A stretch of DNA of 64,000 bases from an uncultured Acidimicrobiales bacterium. GTDB taxonomy: Bacteria > Actinomycetota > Acidimicrobiia > Acidimicrobiales > SZUA-35. The translations under genes were made by a program, and so were the position numbers. The notes under the pieces were generated by a model. The model searched no databases. It was not told where the DNA came from and worked only from the letters and a program-made list of their open reading frames with translations. The number at the start of each line of letters is the position of its first letter. Positions within the stretch are counted from its first letter, which is position 1. Where the stretch lies: the NCBI GenBank assembly GCA_937930695.1, contig CALHCB010000087.1, positions 196 to 64,195 on the forward strand. The letters are read 5' to 3'. This document shows, piece by piece, positions 57,600 through 64,000 of this stretch.

Positions 57600-58691
57600 A
57601 TGAAGGCTGCCGTACTTAATCAGATTCCGGGCGAGTTGATCATCGAGGACATCTCGGTCGACAAGCCGGGACCCAACGAGGTCCTTATCCAGACGGTGCA
57701 CTCCGGGCTTTGCCACAGTGATCTGCATTTCATGGAGGGCCACTGGGAAACCAAGATGCCGGCCGTGATGGGCCACGAGTCCGCGGGCATCGTGCAGGCC
57801 GTTGGCGAGGACGTCACCTACGTCAAAGCAGGCGACCGCGTCATCACGTGTCTTTCGTTGTTCTGCGGCACCTGCAATATGTGTCTGACCGGACACCCCA
57901 ACGTCTGCACCAACCTGCATGCCGTTGGTCGAGCAAGAGGTGCTGCGCCGCGACTCACGAATGCGGCGGGCGAACCCGTTGCTCAATTCGCGAGGCTCGG
58001 CGGCTTTGCTGAAGAAATGCTCGTCCACGAACATGCCGTGGTGAAGGTCCGAGAGGAGATGCCCCTCGACAAGGCATCACTGATTGGCTGTGGTGTGACC
58101 ACCGGCGTTGGCGCCGTCTTCCGAACTGCCCGCATCGAACCCGGTTCGACAGTCGTAATCTTTGGTTGTGGCGGCATTGGCCTGTCAGCTCTGCAGGGGG
58201 CTCGAATCGCTGGAGCCGGACGGATCTTTGCGGTCGACATCACTCCCGCGAAGCTCGAACTCGCGCAAGCCCTTGGCGCAACCGACGTGATCAACGGTGC
58301 AGAGACCGACGTGATTGCACATATCAAGGAAGAAACGGGCGGCCAGATGGCCGACTACGCCTTTGAGTGCATCGGTCTCAAGCAAACCGCAGAACAGGCG
58401 TGGGGCGTCACCGGCGTTCGGGGTACGGCAGTGATCGTCGGCATGATGCCCTTTGGCCAAAAGGTCGAGATCCCTGGTTATGAGATCTTCATGATGGAAA
58501 AGACGCTCAAGGGTTCGATGATGGGATCAACCGTCTTCCGCAAGGACATGCCTCAGTACGTCGACATGTATCTCGATGGCCGCCTGATGCTCGACGAGAT
58601 GGTCAGCCAGCACATTCATCTCGACCAAATCAACGAAGGCTACGAAGCCATGCAGCGGGGCGAGGGCACCCGCACCATCATCGACTTCTAG
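57600..58691 (+). CDS. Zinc-dependent alcohol dehydrogenase (class III / mycothiol-formaldehyde-dehydrogenase-like)
   Basis: GLCHSD, GHESAG, a structural-zinc Cys cluster (CGTCNMCLTGHPNVC) and GCGGIG. Confidence 0.92.
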   Translation: MKAAVLNQIPGELIIEDISVDKPGPNEVLIQTVHSGLCHSDLHFMEGHWETKMPAVMGHESAGIVQAVGEDVTYVKAGDRVITCLSLFCGTCNMCLTGHPNVCTNLHAVGRARGAAPRLTNAAGEPVAQFARLGGFAEEMLVHEHAVVKVREEMPLDKASLIGCGVTTGVGAVFRTARIEPGSTVVIFGCGGIGLSALQGARIAGAGRIFAVDITPAKLELAQALGATDVINGAETDVIAHIKEETGGQMADYAFECIGLKQTAEQAWGVTGVRGTAVIVGMMPFGQKVEIPGYEIFMMEKTLKGSMMGSTVFRKDMPQYVDMYLDGRLMLDEMVSQHIHLDQINEGYEAMQRGEGTRTIIDF

Positions 58692-58736
58692 CCAGTCTGA
58701 CGCCGACGCAAGGCCAGCTGCCGGTCGGCGATTCCA

Positions 58737-60095
58737 TTAGTGGTGGTCCCCAGCCTGGCTCTCTGGAGCCGGCTGGGTCTGCCCTGGTCGAATGCGCACC
58801 CGAGTGATCTTGCGACCCTCGAGTTGTTCGACAGCGAGCTCATGCGGCCCGTGTTGCACGGTCTCGCCGAGATCAGGAACTTCTCCCGCAAGGGCGAGTA
58901 CGAGGCCGGCGATGGTCACGACGTCCTCATGGTCAAAGAGCGGGTCGTCGAGCTCTTCCCGAAGTTCGCTCAGCGATACTTCGCCGCCGACAGAGATCGT
59001 TCCGTCGGAGTGTCGGGTCATCAAATCTGCCTCGTCCTCCATGATCTCCTCGATCACGTCGTCGAGCGAGACGAATCCGACAGTGGTTCCGAACTCGTCA
59101 ATGACGAGGGCGGCGTGGTTGTTGCCCTGCTTGAATTGCTCCAGCAGATCATCTGCCGATGTGGTTGCGGCGACGACGGGCAACGGCCGAACGATCTCGG
59201 CCAGCGATCCGAAGGTGTTGAGGCGGCTTGCACGGATGAAGTCCTTGATGTGCAGCATGCCGACGACATGATCGAGATCGCCGTCGACGACTGGGTATCG
59301 GCTGCGTTGTGCCGTGCCGATGACAGCAGAGATCTCTTCGCCCGTTGCCGCTTGGTCGATGGCGACGATGTTGCTACGGGAAATCATGATCTCCTCTGCC
59401 GGCCGCCCATCGAGCTCGAAGATGTTCTGGATCAGATCCCTTTGAAGGCCGCCGATCTCGCCGCTGTGAGCAGACTCGTCGGTCACGATCGCCAGCTCAT
59501 CACTTGTGTGCAACGAAAGGCGGCGATCCGGTTCAGGAATACGAAGCAAGCGCATCAGGGCAAACGCGATGGCGTTGAGGACCGCCACCATCGGGCGGAA
59601 GAGCGCACTGAACGAACGCATCAAGGGGTTCAGGCGGACGCTGACGGCTTCAGGCTCCTGCAGGGCCAATGCCTTCGGGATCATCTCGCCGAACACCACG
59701 TGCATATACGTGATCGCGCTGAGGGCAACGATGAACCCCACGGTGTGCGATGCGGTCTCAGGAACACCAATGTCCTCGAGCGGGTCATACAACCAATGGG
59801 CGACTGCGGGTTCGCCGTACATGCCGAGACCGATCGATGCGAGCGTGATGCCCAACTGTGCGACCGCGATGTAGCTGTCCTTGCCTGCGTGTCGCTTGAA
59901 TACATCCACCAGCCACCGGGCGCCGCTGCTCCCGCCGTCGGCCATCTTTTCGAGGCGGCTGAGGCGGGAACCGACCAGTGCGAACTCGGCGGCCACGAAC
60001 AGGCCATTGAGTACGACGAGGACGATGATCGCCACGACCGGGAATACGTATTCACCGAACACTCCGGCGCCGCCGCTCGACTCTGCCGCGATCAT
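58737..60095 (-). CDS. CNNM/CorC-HlyC family protein (DUF21 membrane domain, CBS pair, CorC_HlyC)
   Basis: DUF21 TM region, CBS pair, and a C-terminal transporter-associated domain. ATGA overlap with the upstream paralog. Confidence 0.9.
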   Translation of the reverse strand: MIAAESSGGAGVFGEYVFPVVAIIVLVVLNGLFVAAEFALVGSRLSRLEKMADGGSSGARWLVDVFKRHAGKDSYIAVAQLGITLASIGLGMYGEPAVAHWLYDPLEDIGVPETASHTVGFIVALSAITYMHVVFGEMIPKALALQEPEAVSVRLNPLMRSFSALFRPMVAVLNAIAFALMRLLRIPEPDRRLSLHTSDELAIVTDESAHSGEIGGLQRDLIQNIFELDGRPAEEIMISRSNIVAIDQAATGEEISAVIGTAQRSRYPVVDGDLDHVVGMLHIKDFIRASRLNTFGSLAEIVRPLPVVAATTSADDLLEQFKQGNNHAALVIDEFGTTVGFVSLDDVIEEIMEDEADLMTRHSDGTISVGGEVSLSELREELDDPLFDHEDVVTIAGLVLALAGEVPDLGETVQHGPHELAVEQLEGRKITRVRIRPGQTQPAPESQAGDHH

Positions 60096-61432
60096 TTCTG
60101 GTCACCGTTCGTTTCGAAACTGACCCGCACAATGGCGTTTCCGTCGATTGTGTCGACTCGTATCGGTGTCGCTTCGTCACCGAGTGACACCAGTTCTCCG
60201 ACAGTTGGCATCCGTGACAACTCATGCCAGATCAAGCCGCCGATGGTGTCGACATCGGACGTAGGGAGCGAAAGTCGGAATCGTTGATTCAGATCGGCGA
60301 GAAGAACCTCGCCCGAAACCGAGACCCGCCCCTCGGACTCAGTGATGGGATCTGGGTCGACGTCGAACTCGTCTCGAACTTCACCGAAGATCTCCTCGAG
60401 CGCATCTTCCAAGGTGACCAATCCAGCCACACCGCCGTACTCGTTGATCACGAGTGCGCAATGCTGATCGCTCTCGTTCAACCGAGTCCACAGTGCGGGC
60501 ACCGTGAGCGTCTCGGCAACTTCGAGAATCGGACGAGCAATGGTCGAGACAGATGCTGCGGGGTCTGACTGAGCAAGAAGGTAGAGGCCGCGGAGATTCA
60601 CGAGCCCCGTCACATCGTCTGATGAGGCTCCCCAGACCGGAAAGCGACTGTGCGGGGTTCCGATGACCTCATCGAGGGCATCACCGACCTGATCCGAAGC
60701 GTTGACCCCGACCAGGCGACGCCGCGGCGTCATGATCTCGCGCACGAGCCGTTGCTCCACGTTGAGCACACCGGCCACCATGTCTCGCTCGGCCGCATCG
60801 ATGAGACCACCATCGGCACTCTCGTTGAACAACGCCGCAAGTTCTTCGGGCGAATGGACGTGTGCGTGGCTGTGATCGGCGTTGAGACCGACCGCCCGCA
60901 TGATTCGAAAGGCTGATCCGTTGAACAGAATCACGAGAGGACGGAAAACCAATTGGCTGATCTGCATCGGCCGCAAGGTGGAGATTGCCAATCGTTCCGG
61001 GTACCGCAACGCCGCAGTCTTGGGGAGAAGCTCACCCAGGATGACTTGGAGCGAGGTGATGATCAGCAGGGTGATGAGAATGGCGACCGCTCGTCCGGCA
61101 GAACCAAAGTACGGTTCGAGCAACGGCGTGATCCTGGACTGGGCGAATGCGCCGGCAACGAGACTGCTCAGTGTGATCCCGACCTGGCAAGTCGCGACAT
61201 AGTTGTCGAGCGCGACCGGGTCTCGAACGATCTCGAACAGCCGAGACGCCGACCGATTGCCATCTTGGCCCATTGCTTGGATTCGGGACTTTCGGCTGCC
61301 AACGGTCGCAAATTCAGCCGCAACATACAGAGCGTTGAGGGCCAGCATCACCGTGAGAGCGAGAACTGTGATGAAGAGGCTCAACGGCGAAACGGCGCTT
61401 TCTCGGGCGCTGGGCGCCGAGAGACGCGCCAA
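60092..61432 (-). CDS. CNNM/CorC-HlyC family protein (paralog of the adjacent gene)
   Basis: Same three-domain architecture (LLPKT..., CBS pair, EDALEEIFGEVRDEFD). Confidence 0.9.
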   Translation of the reverse strand: MARLSAPSARESAVSPLSLFITVLALTVMLALNALYVAAEFATVGSRKSRIQAMGQDGNRSASRLFEIVRDPVALDNYVATCQVGITLSSLVAGAFAQSRITPLLEPYFGSAGRAVAILITLLIITSLQVILGELLPKTAALRYPERLAISTLRPMQISQLVFRPLVILFNGSAFRIMRAVGLNADHSHAHVHSPEELAALFNESADGGLIDAAERDMVAGVLNVEQRLVREIMTPRRRLVGVNASDQVGDALDEVIGTPHSRFPVWGASSDDVTGLVNLRGLYLLAQSDPAASVSTIARPILEVAETLTVPALWTRLNESDQHCALVINEYGGVAGLVTLEDALEEIFGEVRDEFDVDPDPITESEGRVSVSGEVLLADLNQRFRLSLPTSDVDTIGGLIWHELSRMPTVGELVSLGDEATPIRVDTIDGNAIVRVSFETNGDQK

Positions 61433-61516
61433 AAAGGGTGCTCGGACATCCTCAGATCATAGATCGCTGCGGATCAAGGGAGCGGATGCGTCCGACCCAA
61501 CGCTGTCCCCAACCTC

Positions 61517-62614
61517 TCAGGGCCGTCCTGGCATCGACGTTGTCTCGCCCATCAGACAGGTGAGCACACCGTTCAATTCGGGCTGATTGGCGTGATAGTG
61601 ATAGCCGCTGGCCTCGGTCAGGTGGCCGTTGCACTCGTCGAGATCGGCGACCGCCGCATCATCGGCCGCAAGCGGACTATGAATCGCATAGCCGTCGAGG
61701 GCATAGGCGAACGCCGGGGTGTCGCCATCGCCAGGATCGCTGGCTTGGGAGCATCCGGTAGCCCCGTGCAGGTGATACCCATCGTTGGGATTGATGTGAC
61801 CGCCGCAATCATCGAACGCAGCAATCGTGTAGGCCCCGAGGATCGCATCAACGGGTGCCTGCGCCGCGATGATCACGCCGTTCAGCGTGATGCCGACGTT
61901 GCCTCGGATTTGTGTAGGCGTCGCTGCAGCTACCGGGACTGCCGGAATCTCGACGGTGGTCGAGATGGGCTCGCCACCATCGAGCCACTCGATACGACCT
62001 TCCACACAGTGATTCTGAAACTCCGGATCGACATCCGGACGAGCGGCAGCTTCGAAGGCCTCTTGGGTGTCCGTGACGTGCACATTGCCCTCGTCATCGT
62101 GAAGATGCCAATTCTCATCCTCGTAGATCTCCGGGAGATCCAAGATGAACTGGCCATCAAGGTCATAGATCGATTCGCCGTCGAGCCAGATGCCACCCTG
62201 CTCTGCAGTATCCGACGTGCTGGCCGGACAGAAGGGGCCGATCTCCACGTCGGTCGGATACCCAGCGATGGTGATCTCGTAGCAATCCGTGTCGACTCCG
62301 CTTGCCAGCGTGCAATTGACCGTCGCCGGGTCGTTGACGATGGCCCCGTCGAAGAAGGATGCGAGGTTGATGCCGTCTGGCGATGTCGACATCGAGTCAT
62401 CAACCTTTAACGACGCGTCGTCGGCCTGTGGTTGTTCTTGTGCCTCAGCATCCGATGTGGTGGCTATCGCGTCATCAGTGCTGGATGCGTCATCGGACTC
62501 AGAAGCATCGCTGCCTCCGCACGCAGCCAGACAAAGAGCGGCAGCGACGGAGAGTCCAACAATCGCCTGTCGGGGGGAAGAGATCTTGAGCATGTCCCCA
62601 CCATCGAGCCTCAA
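61517..62614 (-). CDS. YHYH-domain lipoprotein
   Basis: Lipobox LAACGG, an acidic low-complexity linker, then DGYHLHG and GYHYHAN motifs. Confidence 0.8.
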   Translation of the reverse strand: MRLDGGDMLKISSPRQAIVGLSVAAALCLAACGGSDASESDDASSTDDAIATTSDAEAQEQPQADDASLKVDDSMSTSPDGINLASFFDGAIVNDPATVNCTLASGVDTDCYEITIAGYPTDVEIGPFCPASTSDTAEQGGIWLDGESIYDLDGQFILDLPEIYEDENWHLHDDEGNVHVTDTQEAFEAAARPDVDPEFQNHCVEGRIEWLDGGEPISTTVEIPAVPVAAATPTQIRGNVGITLNGVIIAAQAPVDAILGAYTIAAFDDCGGHINPNDGYHLHGATGCSQASDPGDGDTPAFAYALDGYAIHSPLAADDAAVADLDECNGHLTEASGYHYHANQPELNGVLTCLMGETTSMPGRP

Positions 62615-62671
62615 CCTGTGAGACCACTGTGAAGCTCACCCCTTGGTCTGTACCGAGGACCGACGAGCGCA

Positions 62672-63859
62672 CTAATAGCTCTTGGGCAGTCCCAGAGTGT
62701 GCTGGGCGACATGGTTCAAGACCATCTCTCGGCTGACCGGGGCCGACTTGTGCACCCTGGCGATGAACCAAAGATCGGCAAGGCCGTACTCGATGGCAAA
62801 GCCGTTGCCTCCGTGGACTTGGATTGCTTGATCAAGCGCTTCGAGCGACGAATCGGCGGCGGCGAATTTTGCCATGTTGGCCGCCTCGCCAGCCTCCGTG
62901 GACAGGCCAGCGTCGCACAGCGCTGCGGCCTTCTCGGTCATCAGTCGGGCCTGCTGCACCTTGATCGTTGCCTCAGCCAGCGGATGAGCGACACCCTGGT
63001 GCGCTCCGATCACTTTGCTCCATACCTGACGATCGCTGGCGTACTCGGTTGCTCGATCGATGGCATAACAGCTAATTCCGTTGTTGACAGCCGCCACGGC
63101 GACGCGTTCGGTATTGAGGCCAACAAAGACCTGTTTGAGACCATTGCCCTCGACACCGACGAGTGATTCTGGACCGAGCTTGACGTTGTCGAAGAAGATC
63201 GTGAATTGCTTGTCGGGCGACATGACGACGGACTCGATGGGCGTCATGGTGATTCCCGGCGCGTCCGGCTCAATGATGAAGAGCGACAAGGGGTGGCGAC
63301 CATTCGGACTCGGCTCTGGACCGCGGGCGACGACCAACAATGCGTGCGCCTCATCGGGTGCTGACGTCCAGTACTTCTGACCGCTCAGAGTCCAGCCGCC
63401 TTCGCCGTCCGGCGTTGCCGTCGTGGAGATGCGATGCGTATTCGTACCGGCATCGGGTTCGGTGATGGCAAAGGACATCCGCTTTGTGCCATCAGCAAGC
63501 CCCGGACACCATCGTTGCTGGAGGTCCTCGGTGCCGAACGCCTCGAGGATCGGTGAACAGATCGATTGCAACACCATCGAGAACAAAGGACAGCCCTGTG
63601 CAGACGTCTCCTCGACGACAACGTTGTAATCAGAAATGCCACCGCCTCCGCCGCCCCACTTCTCCGAGATGTGCACACCGAGAAAGCCTGCTTCACCGAG
63701 CGCGGCCCACAACTCGTCGACCTTGCCTCCGGTTCGCACCTTCTCCTGGAAATAGCGACGTCCGAAGCCGCCGACGAGTTGACCGACAGCACGACGCAAC
63801 TCCAGGTGGTGCTCACCTGAATTGACGATGCTCGAATGTGACAACGGTGTACGAGCCAT
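62672..63859 (-). CDS. Acyl-CoA dehydrogenase
   Basis: ACAD fold throughout. The start is ATG 63859, preceded by AGGAGG. Confidence 0.92.
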   Translation of the reverse strand: MARTPLSHSSIVNSGEHHLELRRAVGQLVGGFGRRYFQEKVRTGGKVDELWAALGEAGFLGVHISEKWGGGGGGISDYNVVVEETSAQGCPLFSMVLQSICSPILEAFGTEDLQQRWCPGLADGTKRMSFAITEPDAGTNTHRISTTATPDGEGGWTLSGQKYWTSAPDEAHALLVVARGPEPSPNGRHPLSLFIIEPDAPGITMTPIESVVMSPDKQFTIFFDNVKLGPESLVGVEGNGLKQVFVGLNTERVAVAAVNNGISCYAIDRATEYASDRQVWSKVIGAHQGVAHPLAEATIKVQQARLMTEKAAALCDAGLSTEAGEAANMAKFAAADSSLEALDQAIQVHGGNGFAIEYGLADLWFIARVHKSAPVSREMVLNHVAQHTLGLPKSY

Positions 63860-63877
63860 GAGGCCTCCTGAGAACAA

Positions 63878-63901
63878 TCTGTCAACACAGTTGTTGACAG
63901 A
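63878..63901. promoter_or_regulatory. Perfect 10-bp inverted repeat (operator or terminator hairpin)
   Basis: TCTGTCAACA (63878-63887), spacer CAGT, TGTTGACAGA (63892-63901). It lies directly after the stop of the upstream minus-strand gene and 18 nt before the ACAD start codon. Confidence 0.55.
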
Positions 63902-64000
63902 CTAGAGCAATTGGTTTGCCATCTCCAGCAACCGAAACTTCTGGACCCGACCGGTCACCGTGAGAGGGAGATCTTCAGCGGCGACGAACACAACGTGCGC
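63902..64000 (-). CDS. C-terminal fragment of an AMP-binding (acyl-CoA synthetase-like) enzyme. The gene continues beyond the window.
   Basis: The minus-strand translation ...AHVVFVAAEDLPLTVTGRVQKFRLLEMANQLL* resembles the adenylate-forming enzyme C-terminus (P-x-T-x-x-G-K/R-x-x-K). Confidence 0.6.
   Translation of the reverse strand, partial: AHVVFVAAEDLPLTVTGRVQKFRLLEMANQLL

Noticed and set aside
58740-60287. 515-aa ORF on the plus strand
   Set aside because: It is antisense to the two CNNM/CorC genes. Its composition is Asp/Arg/His-rich and non-protein-like.

Overview
This is a GC-rich, densely coding chromosomal segment. The gene content looks actinobacterial: many TetR regulators, deazaflavin/F420-type and nitroreductase-fold enzymes, a PIG-L deacetylase, P450 and a BVMO. 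That taxonomic call is inference only. I call about 58 protein-coding genes, almost all metabolic or housekeeping. They include oxidoreductases, two enoyl-CoA hydratases, aminotransferases, an amidase, a GGT-family enzyme, cobT/cobD/cbiZ cobalamin genes, an OmpR/HK two-component pair, a GGDEF-EAL protein, a Na/Pi transporter with a PhoU-like gene, and tandem CNNM/CorC genes. I saw no rRNA, tRNA, CRISPR array, transposase, integrase or phage gene. The largest non-coding gap is about 230 nt. Many long ORFs in the supplied track are antisense or out-of-frame artefacts of high GC, and several true genes start well inside their tracked ORF. Four observations deserve follow-up. (1) At the left edge, a thioredoxin-fold redoxin is interrupted by one in-frame TGA at the redox-centre position, followed by a SECIS-like hairpin, so it is a candidate selenoprotein. 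(2) Four genes at 30182-34302 are translationally coupled: a homocysteine S-methyltransferase-like gene, a MoxR-type AAA_5 ATPase, a VWA protein with a degenerate HExxH metallopeptidase-like N-domain, and an orphan protein. This is the best candidate for an uncharacterised system. (3) Three copies of a 13-nt motif lie between a TetR gene and a divergent MDR oxidoreductase gene. (4) Several two- or three-gene catabolic modules can be given predicted chemistry: kinase plus phospho-lyase-type aminotransferase, fused ATP-dependent lactamase/oxoprolinase plus omega-aminotransferase, and amidohydrolase plus CobW-type GTPase. All family assignments rest on motif and sequence recognition by eye. No database search was run.
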